Source of the DNA: Chrysomallon squamiferum
Taxonomy: Eukaryota; Animalia; Mollusca
Reading direction: 5' to 3'
NCBI GenBank assembly: GCA_012295275.1
Contig: CM022675.1
Location: 14,570,001-14,634,000, forward strand
DNA length: 64,000 nt
Shown here: positions 15,204 through 29,740 of the stretch, in pieces
How the letters are laid out: each line of letters begins with the position of its first letter
How positions within the stretch are numbered: the first letter of the stretch is position 1
Translations under genes and position numbers: made by a program
Notes under the pieces: model-generated
What the model was told of the DNA's origin: nothing
Databases searched by the model: none
What the model saw: the letters and a program-made list of their open reading frames with translations, nothing else

Positions 15204-17826
15204 CAAGATAACGTCAACAACAACAAACAAAAAATTTGTTTGTTTCCCGGCACGTGACTTGTAAAAATATCAAAATAATGATCTTGTCAGTTGATTCAAA
15301 CAAGTAGATACAAAATAAAATTTTCCAATATTTGTCACAACGAATATTTTTTACCTTTAAACATTTTCTAGTGTAAAGAAATTCAAACGTTTCTAGTTTA
15401 ATAATTCCACTGTTATTTCTAAACCTTTCCGTCCACTCGCTTTCTTTTCTTAATCCTTTCGTCTTTTTTATATAAAGTCCAAAAAACTCACATACACTCC
15501 TGTACTGGAATATCGACGGAGTTCACAAATTGTTTCGTCAGTTGGGTTAATGTGTGAGCGAAAAAAAAGAGGCAGCGAGAAGAAAAAAAATAACGAAACC
15601 AAAAGTCATGCCAAGAATTGTTTAGCGTCGACTTCTAACATCGTGCTTACTCTCGCCTGCTGAAAATGGTTTCTGCAGCTTCGGGATAGTTGACTTGTTG
15701 CGAAGCAAAACACAGCTCCACTGAGATCAGGTGTCATATTCTCTCGCCGTCTGCTCAATCCATCATCCCGCGGAAGAATACGAGAAACAGTTCGCCATCG
15801 AACGCCGACATGTTATGCAGTGCTACGCAGATGAAATAAGTGCTCTACCGAAATCGTTCTTCATATTTCTTTCTTTCTTTTCTTCTGTATATTATATCTA
15901 GCTGTCTCTTTAATTTATTTATTTACTTACATATTTATTTTGTCTGTTTTCTTTTTTCATTTGTTTTTCTTTCCTTTTTTTCTAAATGAATGCCTAACAA
16001 GTAAAAATGTACCACTAACATTGAACAGAGTGTATTTATCTATGTATATATGTTTGATATACGTATTTATAAATATTTTACATTTAATCTTCGGTCGCGT
16101 GCATTTATATGTGTCTGAATGTGTTATATTGCAGTAAGTCTTTATAATCTCTGAACACGTTATTGTGATGGTGAAGATTCCAGACTGTTTTAAATTTAAT
16201 GACTAGCTTTATCTCACATAATTATAGTGTTCATATGATTTAATATATAAATGTGTGTGCAATCTTTTTTCTTCTTTTGTGTGGTGCATGTGACAACTAA
16301 TTTATTCATTCAAATCTTTTAACACTTACATATAGTGTCAAAATAATTTTATATATAGACACGTATAAATTATATATTATTATCATCATCATCATTATTA
16401 TTATTACATGTGTATAAATGTGATAAGATTTGAATGAATTAATCGCTCAACATGCAAACGATCACATAATCTCTTCTTTCTTTCTCTATACATATTCTTA
16501 TTTTTTCGTTCTATCTTTTCTTTTCATGTTTTAATTATATTGATATTTTAATTTTTTAAAGTTTTAGTTTTTAGTTGTTTTTTATAATTTAGTTTAATTT
16601 TTATTTATTTAATTTATTTTTATTTTTTTCATGCTGTTGTTTTAAATAATTTTTTTATTTCCTGCTACTTTCATTGCTCTCTGATTTATTTATTTTTCTT
16701 TCATGCAGCCTTTTTATTTTTTTTTTTTTATTTATTTTTTTTTTTTTTTTTTTTTTTGAAACAATCTTTTTTCTTCTTTTTCTAAACGCATATACGAAAA
16801 TCTGCGAGAATTTCCGAAAAGATGTTTTCCGGACATTCTTAATGTTTTACGAAATTTACGATAATTACCGATTAGTTCCGAGCATTCGTAAATCACAAGA
16901 GATTACATTTGATAGTCAGCGAATAGACATAAATCAACAGAGAGAAGTTTTTAAATATTTATCAAATAATTATCTAAGTTGGCAGAAACTCTCTGTTTAG
17001 TGTACTTTTTTTTTTCACACTCTACGCATGCCTGAAACCAAATGATTTTTTTGTTCCTGTGCCAAACTCTTCAATTAGAGTTATTTCTAATTCCCCACCC
17101 TCCTAAAGAATAATACAAATGATGAAAAATAATGATAATAATAATAACAACAACAACAATAATAAATAATCAAAATTATATAACTTTTTAACTCTTTGTT
17201 TCACTGAAAAGGATATTAATTTTACCAGAGTATCTGTACACGCAAAATAACATAATACAGATAAAACAAATTATTAAAAGAAAAATGATATAATGGTTAT
17301 TATAATAAAATAGAGAATAATAAGACAAAATAAACACGTTTGTTGATGTTGTTTTTGTTTCTTTGTTGGTTGGAATTTTGTTGTTGTTGTTGTTGTTGTT
17401 GTTGTTGGGCACCGGCTGTTTTATTTGTTAAGTTTGTTTTAATTTCTTAGGTTTTGTTAGGGATATTAGTTCGGGAGTTCTTTTCATTTCTGTATTCTGC
17501 GTAAAAATGTATGAATATTCGTTTATATTATTTGTTTATTCATTCATTCATTCATTCGTTTATTTATTTATTTAGTTATTTAGTTATTTATTTGTTTGTT
17601 TGTTTGTTTATTGACTGATTTATTTATTATTTATTTACATTTATAGTTTTGTTTTTGTTTTTTCAGTAAGTATTTTCTGTCTTATTGACTTGTAGTTGTA
17701 ATTTCTTGCATCTTATTTTTTTTATTTTTTTTATTGTTGTTTCTTCCTTTTTGTGATTGTGTTGTTATATTTATTATAATTATTATTACTATTATTACTA
17801 TTATTATTATTATAATTATAATTATA

Positions 17827-17892
<66 letters not shown>

Positions 17893-18763
17893 GCTGTTGT
17901 TGTTGTTGCTGCTGCTGCTGCTGATATTAGTGAGATTTATTATTACTTGTGTTGTTTGAGAATTTATTAATGTTATGATTCTTGTTATAGTTTCGGGGGG
18001 TATTTGTTGCTTTTTTTTTCTTCTTTTTGTGGTTGAACTTTTTTGTATCTATTTTTTCTCTTTTTTCTCTCTTCTTCTTGTTCTTTTTTCTTTTCTTTAT
18101 TCTTTTTTTTTTTTTTCTCCTTCTTTTTTTTGTTTGTTGTTGTTCAAATAGTTTCGTCACTAATATGAAGTATGTTAAAATTGTTAACCAATGAATGCCA
18201 AATATCAACAGTGTTTCTCTCTTCTTGTGACAGTCCGAAAGTACATCGCTTAGTTTATTGTAATTTTGAACCTCTTCTATACTGTGCTTCAATGCACGCG
18301 CTGGCTTGTTTCACTTTTTCACACCCATAACAGCAGCAGATGAATCGACAACGTATGTAACTACGTCGGCTGCGTCTTCATAAACAACGGCGCAACGTCT
18401 GTTTCTCGGACGAGTCGCTGCTGAGAAGATTTCAAAAGTAAGAAATTCCTGTTGGTGATATTTATGTGGACAGGTGAAGTAAACATGAAAACAGTGAATG
18501 AAGTAAACATTAAAACAGTGAAATAGAAAGGTGCGCGAGGTCGCAGGGGACACATTCACAATTCAATAATAAAAAATAAAAATGAAAAGAAAAATAATAA
18601 AAATAAAAAATGGGGTTGTTTGGTGTGATAGGTAATTGTTTTTAAAGAAACGTTTGTTTACCATTAAAACGTGCGCTATCATTTTACGGGATTGGTTAAT
18701 CGAATCCTGAAAGAGAGTTTTATTTTTTCATTATTATTATTATTACTGTTGTTGTTGTTGTTG

Positions 18764-18801
<38 letters not shown>

Positions 18802-18805
18802 GTTG

Positions 18806-18837
<32 letters not shown>

Positions 18838-18959
18838 GGTGTTGTTGTTGTTGTTTTGTTGATGTTGTTATTGTTATTATTATTGCTATTGTTGGTGTTA
18901 TTTATTTATTTATTTACATAATTATTTGACAAAAAAATATCATTTCAAGGAAGTCCAAA

Positions 18960-19340
18960 GTGTCTGCAGTACCCGCCTAAATATAAATCAAGATCACGTG
19001 ATCACAAGTGTCCGTTTATATCAGTGTTTTACATACTAAGTGGTGTCCATGTAAGATGATTTAGGGATTATTTATGAAATGTGCTATTTAGTCCAATTTT
19101 CTGGTCTGTTTCACATCATCTGGACATTTCTTGAGCTTCGCTTCACGAGACTAAGAAGAGACGCATTCCAGCTCATCAGAGTAGCAGAGCATGCAGGTCA
19201 AAGGTCATATGACTATGTAATTGTGTCGGTCTGATGTCGTATATAACGTCACGATAATTTCCGCCATTTTCAGTAACAATTTTCTTTGACGTATGCGATT
19301 TGGTTATTGCTTCATAAATTGTCTTGTTTCCGGTGTCCGA
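18960..19340. promoter_or_regulatory. Candidate enhancer/conserved non-coding element upstream of the minus-strand TF gene
   Basis: ATAAATCA (Pbx/Hox TGATTTAT on minus) 18983-18990 next to palindromic GATCACGTGATC 18992-19003; perfect DR1 AGGTCAAAGGTCA 19195-19207; YY1/Pho CCGCCATTTT 19261-19270; TTCATAAATT 19311-19320. Confidence 0.5.
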
Positions 19341-19430
19341 AATATAACACTTTCTTACCCTTGTAAATTAGATTTTGTAAAATAATTTTATTTTTTACTT
19401 GAAAAAAAAACATTGTTGTTTATTTTTGTT

Positions 19431-19501
<71 letters not shown>

Positions 19502-19749
19502 CATAGAAACACAGATATACACAGTTTCTGTTCATCTTTTCTCTGTTTCTCACTCTTCTTTATTACTCTTTTTCACACTGTTAATCATGTTCGTATGTTA
19601 CTCAAGTATCATCTTTAATCTTTATTTTAATCTCTCCATGTCTTTTCTATCTATCTCTCTGTCTTCTTCCTGTTTCTTTTATATATTCTTAGCTTACTCA
19701 AAAATGCGTTTTTCCAACTCATTTAATCTGTTAACACTTATAATACACC

Positions 19750-20170
19750 TGTAATTGCGCGAGCAGAAGTCAGTTTTATCACGAAAACATCTTCATTCGG
19801 CCACCATTCCCTCCCATTCCTTACAAACCAACCAACGCGAAATAAACATTTTGTGCGGTCCTGACGTATCATCAGCGCGAAGATTTTTATCAAATCTCGC
19901 GAGAAAATCGCATACCGTAGCGACACCAATCGGTTAATCTGCAAGCCAGTAACAAGCGTTACGTAGCCTTCTGTTGTCGAATGTCGTTGTCAATTACACG
20001 TCATAAGAAACCACGTGATCGATCGCCCGGGGACCGCTGGCTGATTGTTTCCCGCCATTCCGCTCATCAGAATGAAAGGAGATCGCGATGATAACTACAG
20101 GGTGTCGTCTTCGCTAATTCCTCCCTGTCTTTTTTTGTTAAGCCGTCAACTTATCACCTACACGTAAACA
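19750..20170. promoter_or_regulatory. CpG-rich non-coding island, candidate regulatory element
   Basis: CpG density far above flanks, no credible ORF; GTCATAAG 20000-20007 beside CACGTG 20012-20017; CCCGCCATT 20051-20059. Confidence 0.4.
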
Positions 20171-22409
20171 GAAAGTTTGTTTATTACTTTCACACGTACA
20201 TACGCATACAACTGAGATTACATAATATTTTCAAACTGCTGACACGAAGTTTACTTCTTATAATGTATTCGACATTTCCTCAAATGTTAGTATTATAAAA
20301 ATAGAAACTAGAAGTGTGAAAGTTGTTTATAGATGTTAGCTTTCTTATTCTATTTTGTTTTGTTTTGCAGCTGTTGTTTTCTCCTCGATTTTTATTTTTT
20401 TCATGATGATTATTTTGTCTTGAAAATGATACACTTTGTAATAGCGCCATAACCCATTTTTTGAACGACCGAACATTAAATGTAAAAATTATATTTATGA
20501 CAGCAGTGGTAGTCTAAGTAGCAGGAGCAGTAATAGTAGTTGCAGTAACTGTAGTTGCAGTAGTAGTAGATGTAGTAGTAGTAGTAGTAGTAGCAGCAGC
20601 AGTTGTAGCAGTAGTAGTAGTAGCAGCAGCAGTGTGAATGTGCATATGTGTTGATATATATGTGATTGTATAATGTTTGTGTATACGTGTGCGTGCGTGC
20701 GTGCATGTGTGTGAATGTGCATATATGTTGGTATATATATCTGAAAGTACTTGTTTCATTCAGCCCAAAAAAGAAAATGACGTCCCGCTCTGAAGACGTG
20801 AATCCTTTAATGAGATCAGAGCAGACGACTTCCTGTACAAACACGAGCTGGCAATGTTTCATGGGATTATAGACCCCACTGAAACATTTCTCGAACATTA
20901 ACAGCTTTTAGAAACAGTAATATGGGATTACAGACCCCATACATAAGCAGGACCAATACCTGTGTAGCACTGCCTTTCCTTAAGTGTAATGTTATATAAT
21001 ACAAGTGTAAAGAGTAAGATTATTTGATTTCGGGGACGAACAGTGTTAAATGGATCAAATTAATATGTGACATCCGTCTTTTTTTAGAAAATAATGTTGA
21101 ATCTGTCATCATATAAAATAAATTATAGAAAATGAATACGAAATCCAGATATATTTAAAAGACGATATAAATAGTGCTACGTAGATAAAGTCAAGGCTAA
21201 ATCAGTTGTTGTTGTTAATGTTGCTATTTAATTTGGTTTTCTCCTCCTTTTTCAGTTGTTCTCTCTTTATTTATTTATTTCTGTTTGTTTGCTTTTTAAA
21301 CCGAAACGCTAAAAGAAAATTAAGAAAGGAAGATGCCTTCAAATAAAGAAAAAGATGAAGAAATAACAAAGGAATAAAAACTACTTGTGTTTGTATGTAT
21401 CTTTATACATGTCCATTGTGTGTCTTTCTCGATCGTTCTCATCTCCCGCCATCGTTTATTTATTTTTTAACCACATATAACACACAGATCTCGGACTCTC
21501 GTTATTTTTGCATTTCTTTCAGTGCCTCTAAATACTCAGCAGAAACCAAGACAGCACGTACCAAACTGACAAACACCATTTGAATCGTTGGCTGCAAGAG
21601 TTTGACAGCTCCTGCAGGAGAAAGTGACAAATGTGTAAACAAGCATGTAGTCCACGATATCGGTTAGAAGTGATGTCTGCAAGGCGTGTTGGATTTCCTT
21701 CAGTCACGGTCGAGTTGACGTGTCGTAGATAATCAAACTACACAGAAGACAGAACCAGAGTCTGCGAGCTTCTTTTTTTTTTCCTTTTTTCTTTCATGAT
21801 ATCATTTAAACACACAGTAAAAATACCATGGATAGGGGAATAGAAATATAGATATACAGAAATCATGGATGACAGAGAGATACACACATATCTTGACAGA
21901 ATGATACATACATTCATACATACACACATACATACATACATACATACATATACATACATACATACATACATACATACATACATAGATATATGTATACAGA
22001 AACATACATACATACATACATACATACATACATGTATACAGAAACACAGAGAGAGATTGTTAGTTAATAATATAAAATGCGAATTAAAATTTAATATTTC
22101 ATATGCATTTATTGTTGTTTTGTAATACATATTCTTTTTCTTGTTAATTTTAGAAATGTACAAACACACATGCACGTGGTCTAGAACATTTTTTTTCTTC
22201 TTGAAATCGTCAATAAAGCTTTCAACCGTCATCTATGGCTCACTGACGTTTGAGTTTTGTTCCTCTGTTTTCTGAAGAGTTGTGTCTAGCAAATGTTATA
22301 AATGACTTTTTCTTTCACTCACGACTCCAAACCGAGGGATTCACTGCTCGAAAGACAGACGAAAGTGGTGCACTAAATAAAGACGTGTTGTTTTAGAACA
22401 CAAAACATA

Positions 22410-23096
<687 letters not shown>

Positions 23097-23136
23097 ATGT
23101 ACGTTTCTGTTTCTAGCATTTATTTTTCAATTTGCG

Positions 23137-23344
23137 TGTCTGTGTATATATACATAAATATACATATATACATGTGTGTCTATGTGTGTCTGTGTATATA
23201 TACATAAATATACATATATACATGTGTGTCTATGTGTGTCTGTGTATATATACATAAATATACATATATACATGTGTGTCTATGTGTGTCTGTGTATATA
23301 TACATAAATATACATATATACATGTGTGTCTATGTGTGTCTGTG

Positions 23345-23350
<6 letters not shown>
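23137..23350. repeat. 52-bp tandem repeat, about 4 copies
   Basis: tgtctgtgtatatatacataaatatacatatatacatgtgtgtctatgtg- recurs exactly. Confidence 0.85.
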
Positions 23351-23376
<26 letters not shown>

Positions 23377-23644
23377 AACACACACACACATACACAAACT
23401 GGGTGGCAATAACGTCACTATACAGTTACTTATAATAAAAAAAGCAAAGCTGACAGTTCGAACAGTATTTTTTAAAATTAATTTCCTATTGTTTACCATA
23501 GTATTTTATTGTTATTAACCAGAATTAACCAGAACCATTTTAATAATAAATTTCTGGCCTGCTGATTAATTGCTTTGTCTTAATTGTTATTGTAAGTACC
23601 TGTATATTGACTTTATTACCATCCTGTATACACATATATATAGC

Positions 23645-23691
<47 letters not shown>

Positions 23692-23705
23692 CAAATGACA
23701 GATAC

Positions 23706-23750
<45 letters not shown>

Positions 23751-23919
23751 CATTATCACTGCTGTTTTTGTTGTTGTTATTATTATATCTATCTAACTCT
23801 CTATTTATCTATGGAGCATGTATGTAACTTAATATATTAGTCTTCATTAACAAAAGACAGAAACGTTTAGAAAAAAAAAAAAAAATAGTTTCCACCATCT
23901 TATATACATGCACATATAT

Positions 23920-24260
23920 ATGGAGGTAGCAATGTGCAGAATACCTGCATGGGCAATTTGCAGGCGGTCACATTAAATGGTGAACATCAAAGCTCGGGGC
24001 CCTTTTAAAAGAAATTGCCTGTTCCCTTGGCCATAGGTCACGTGATTCAGGGCTCATAAATCAACGTTCGGCTTTGAATTCACTGATACAAACTTCCCGC
24101 GAGAAACGAAACGACTCAAACTGCAAACTGCATCATCTTTGGGTCTTATCTGCATTTCCCAGACCCTCGCGTGCTGAAGAAAACACGTGCATTTTCAAAA
24201 GAAGAAGAAAAACATTCCAGAGTATATTTATATCGTTTCTGTACGTCGATACGTAGGTGT
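23920..24260. promoter_or_regulatory. Candidate enhancer/conserved non-coding element
   Basis: GGTCACGTGATT (E-box 24039-24044) followed by TCATAAATCA 24054-24063 (TGATTTATGA on minus, posterior Hox/Pbx composite) in a GC-richer island. Confidence 0.5.
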
Positions 24261-24838
24261 GTCTGTCCTGTATCTGAACTTAACGTATTTAATTTTGTTG
24301 GGGTAACTGCATAATTACACTAATTTTGCCAAAAGATACAGAAAGCGGATGTTATCAAAGAATATTTTGTAGGTCCGGAGAGAGAGAAAAAAAAAACTTC
24401 ACAAGACCGGAGCTGACTGGGGAGCCCGCTTGCTGTTGATGTACATTGTTTAAGTAGAGTTTATTAGCCTAAGATTTCTCCCAAAATGAACAGTTTAGAA
24501 ATAATGCATTAATAAAACATAATAGTTACAGTTATTTGTAAATTCAGTATCTGTGTTTTAGTGTGTGTGTTTATGTTACGTAAGACGTAATTAAATTGTT
24601 GAAATAAAGAAGAATATGCACAAATAATAATTAAGTTATTATGATTGTTGTAAATGTCAGATTTAGCTATCATTTTTTGTTTTTATTATAAAAGGTGTGT
24701 CAAGTTCAATAAACCAGCAGAATTTTATTTTGTTTGTGTTGCAGACGATAATGATGAACATGATGATGATTAAGATGATGATGATGATGATAGTTTTAAA
24801 ATATTTAATTTTATTGTTATTATTATTATTATTATTAT

Positions 24839-24874
<36 letters not shown>

Positions 24875-24989
24875 CAGCAGTAGTAGTAGCAGCAGCAGTA
24901 GTAGTATTGATGTTGATATCATTAGCACCAGTACCTGCAGTGCCTATAGTATGCGATACTATTATTATTACTATTATTGCTAATCTATA

Positions 24990-25132
24990 GTTGCTGTTTC
25001 TTATAAATGGTATTTTTATTATTGTTGTTGTTGTTGTTATTATTTATTTATTATTGTTGTTGTTTTTGTTGTTGTTATTGTTGTTATTATTATTTATTAT
25101 TATTATTATTGTTGATATAATTAATTTATTTA

Positions 25133-25205
<73 letters not shown>

Positions 25206-25413
25206 TTGCTACAGGGGCTACTACCACTGTGTCATTACTACTCTTACACCTACTAATAATACTACTACAAATACTACTACTACTATTACTAAATTTATTA
25301 TTATTATTGTTATTACTACTAGTAGTAGTAGTACTAAGCCTACTACTTATTTATATATTTATTTCCTTAATATACTATGCAAAATCTGGATAAAAGATAA
25401 ACCTCAGTAATTC

Positions 25414-25444
<31 letters not shown>

Positions 25445-25482
25445 AATAATAATAATAAATAAATATTATTAATAATAATAAC

Positions 25483-25534
<52 letters not shown>

Positions 25535-25614
25535 GTAATAATGGTAATAATAATAATAACAATAATAATAATAATAATAATAATAATGGTAATAATAATA
25601 ATAATAATAAGAGA

Positions 25615-25647
<33 letters not shown>

Positions 25648-25895
25648 TAATAATAATGGTAATAATAATAATAACAATAATAGTAATAATAATAATAATA
25701 ATGATAATAATAATAATAATAATGGTAATAATAATAATAATAAGAGAAATAATAATAATAATAATAATAATGATAATAATAATAATAATAATAAATAATA
25801 ATAATAATAATGGTAATAATAATAATAATAATAATAATGTTAATAATAATAATAATAACAAAATAATGTTAATAATAATAATAATAATAAAATAA
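24990..25895. repeat. Compound trinucleotide microsatellite: (TTA/TTG)n block followed by a long (AAT)n block
   Basis: Directly visible; source of poly-I/L/N/Y ORFs. Confidence 0.9.
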
Positions 25896-26820
25896 ATATA
25901 ACAAAATATTGCATAGTCTATGTATTATTTAAGAAGTAAAATCGTCAAATAAGTCTCATTTTTTTAAAGCAAAATGAAATCAGATAAAGACCTAAACCTT
26001 CTTGTGCAACAACCGTGAAGTCCAAAATTTATCTTCATCTATCTTCTTCAGCTTTTCTTCGCTTTTTTCTTCAGAAGATATTTTCATAACGCAGTTGAAT
26101 GCTTTCAGCCAACATTTACGACTTGAGAAGCTACCATGATATGACGAAGACGCCAAAATGTTTTGAAATAGTACCTTCCAAAAGACGTATATACTGTAAA
26201 ATAATAAACAAATACCGGCCTCTTATGCCAGAAACCTAAACACTGGTTGAAGATAGGTCGGTTTCTGAGGGAGAAGACGCTCGGAACAAGGAAAAGAAAA
26301 TATTTGATCTATCTATCTGGTTTTGTCGTTAACGTGCTTTGTACTGGCTATGATGATAAAACTTTCTGCTCTACTCAAGGCCGTGTTTAAAGTGTAGACA
26401 TTAATGTAAGTTTTAGTTTATTACAAAATTCAGCTTTATTCTTCAGTTTATAAGAACTAAAGTGGCAATAAGGAAATGAAAACTGAAATATATATATATT
26501 TATTGAATTTTTTTGTTCTTTGTTTATATATATATATATGTCATTTTATTTAGTTACATTTATTTATTCATTCATTCATTCATTTATTGTTCATTTGTTA
26601 TTCAGCTGGTAATTTATCAGCATTAACGTTAGTAGTAGTAGTACTAGCAGTAAAAGTAGATGTAGTAACAGCAATAATAGTATTAACAGTAATAATGATT
26701 TTAGAAAAAAGTAGTAACAGTAATAATAATAATAACAATAATAATAATAACAACAATAACAATAATGATGATGATGATGATAATGACAATAATAACAACA
26801 ACAACAACAACAACAACAAC

Positions 26821-26867
<47 letters not shown>

Positions 26868-27152
26868 CACTACTCTGTTGCTACATTAACATACAATTTT
26901 ATTAAAAATTCAAACGGAAGATTTAAATTTTTTAAATTTAATTTCCTGTTTAAAATGATTTCCACAGATTCCAAATGACGGCATATGACCTCATCAAGAT
27001 TTTGGTTTGTTAAGTAGCAAAATAATTAGACTGAGTTGTCCACATATTTTTACATCTCGAATTTGCTCATTACTGATCTTACTTCACAAATAGTAATCGA
27101 TAAGCTGTTTATTTCTTTCTTTTCTTTTCTTTTCTTTCTTTCTTTCTTTCTT

Positions 27153-27183
<31 letters not shown>

Positions 27184-27186
27184 TTC

Positions 27187-27229
<43 letters not shown>

Positions 27230-27685
27230 AGTAGTAGTAGTAGTGATAGCGGCAGCAGAAGCAGCAGTTGTAGTAAGAGCAGTAGTCCTAGTAGCAGTAG
27301 GAATAGTAGTGGCAGTAATGGTAACGACAACAGCAACAATAATAACAATCATAAAATAATAACAACAACAACAATAACAACAACAAACAAAACAATTGGA
27401 GTAATAATAACAACACTTTAAAACTATTTAATTTATAAAACAGAAAGTTTAACAACAAAAAAATCCACACAAAAAACAACAACAACAACAAAGAATTCAG
27501 ACAAACCAAAAAAGCAGCAGACCTACCTCGAATACTGAGTTAGTTAGTTTCCTTAAGAAAAGAGAAAATTTCGAATATTCTTTTAAACAACTCACAAAAT
27601 CGTTCATCTTTTTCTACTTATTTTTTTTAATTTTTTTTCACCCGTTTTCTTTCCTACTCTTTCTCTCGAATTTTTATTTTATTAT

Positions 27686-27718
<33 letters not shown>

Positions 27719-28570
27719 CTCTGTTTTGTGGTTGGGCATTTTTGAGAGAAAAAAATTAACTACTGCAGTAATTTTATAGATTTAACAGACACTTAGTTCG
27801 CTTGAATTCCATTTTAGTTCCATGAAATCGTATGTGTAACCAATTACCAAACCAGATATACTGCTTCATGTTTTGTGCTTTTTCATTTTTATTTTTATTT
27901 TTTTTATTTTATTTTTTTAGTTTTACATATTTTCGGGACGTGAGGGGAATGTTTGTTTAACGACATACCATCACTTTGTTTGATTTTCGGATATATATAT
28001 ATATACCTACTATACTGCCACGCTCACAGACGCAAAACCATGTACGAATGAGAACGTACCCTATACACAGATATACTCATAAACTAGCAGAAACATGCAA
28101 AAATACATAAATACATAATACATACATACATACATACATATATACACTATATATATATGTGTATATATATATATATGTATGTATGTGCGTGTATATATAT
28201 ATATATATGTATGTATGTATGTATATATGTATGTATATGTATAATGTATGTATTTTTCAATCCATATATGCATACACACATTCATACACTCACTGATACA
28301 CGAAATTTGAAATACAGACCACTATTTCTTCAGAGAATCTGAGATATTTTCCACAAACAAAACAGTTTAGAAAGGATCTACTATTTGAGACTAGTCGACG
28401 TGGGAGAACACTCTTCTAGATATGAACTGTCTGTGAGATCAAAGCCAGTTTCTAGGTTACACTTTTTATTTATGACTCTTAACACTTTAAAACAGACATT
28501 TATGTTCATGGACATGTGAAGATATATTTCTCAAGAAAATTGAAGAGAGGGGGTAGGAGACAGAGAGAGG

Positions 28571-28665
<95 letters not shown>

Positions 28666-29349
28666 ACAGACAAACAAACAAATAGGAAGATGAAAGTGTA
28701 CGAGAAACATAAATTAATAGGAAGACAGCGGAAAAGTGTAACATAAAAGGAGGGAAGAATTACTTAATTGACCGCTTAGTTATTGGTTGATTGATTAAAT
28801 AACCAATTCCAGAAAGCTTCTGTGTTTCGCGTTTAACACTGGAAATATATATATATATATATATAGCGTCCTTCAAATGTTCTTTATGCAAGGGACGTAA
28901 CCATAACATATGGCGATTTTCTGAGAGTTGTCTTTCGTAGATACCAGATTTCCTTTGTATTTATTTATTTATCGATTCAAAAAGATTCGGGAATTAAAAG
29001 AAAATATATGAAATTTTTAATATTCTTCCTCACAGGCATTTCAGTTGATGACTCCGAACGCAAAAAAATGACGATGCCAACTTTAATAATTTTACATACT
29101 CTTAAATCACCTATACGAATGTGGTAATATCAAAAAGAAAATAACAAAACACAATAAAGAAAATAGCAACATTTATACATTTTTATTTTTATTTTACAGA
29201 TTCGTTTTTTCTTTCCGTTACTGTTTTTTTTTTTTTTTTTTTTTTTTTCAATTCTTTGTTTTTCTTCTGTTCTTTAAAAGGAAGAACTAATGTTCTTCTG
29301 TTAATTTAACTGCTTTCTCATTTGTCTTGTATGTTTCTTACAAATCATC

Positions 29350-29740
29350 AAATTCGTTGTACGACGTGCTTAACAACCAGCACCTAATTAACATAATTTA
29401 TTAGCGCATGGAATGTCGCACTCAGGGTCCCCACTGAGTTTGGTAGGCTAAGCCAAACAGGAGCTGTCAAAAACAAATCACATTATCGCATTTCCTTTCG
29501 CTTTCTGCGTCAAACTTCGTTCCGTGGCTAGTGATATACTAATTATCGCCGTATAACGATAAATCCTGGAGCACTGAATAATGATTATCACTGCAAAGTC
29601 ATAAATCTACCGGCAAGACAAATACGACATTTTGATCATGGGTTGTTTGTGCACGTGCGTTTCCAGACGTTCATTGTGCGAACAGAGTTATGCCCCCTGC
29701 TGCGCTAGCCATTGATCACACGAAATGTTAGAAACTTATA
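29350..29740. promoter_or_regulatory. Candidate enhancer/conserved non-coding element
   Basis: CpG-rich island with TAATTA homeodomain cores, Meis CTGTCA 29464-29469, GTCATAAATC 29598-29607 and CACGTG 29652-29657. Confidence 0.45.

Noticed and set aside
17032-17043. Minus-strand IWFQ, resembling homeodomain helix 3
   Set aside because: An in-frame stop lies about ten codons upstream, there is no helix 1/2 similarity, no NRR or GT donor follows, and it is upstream of the first exon.
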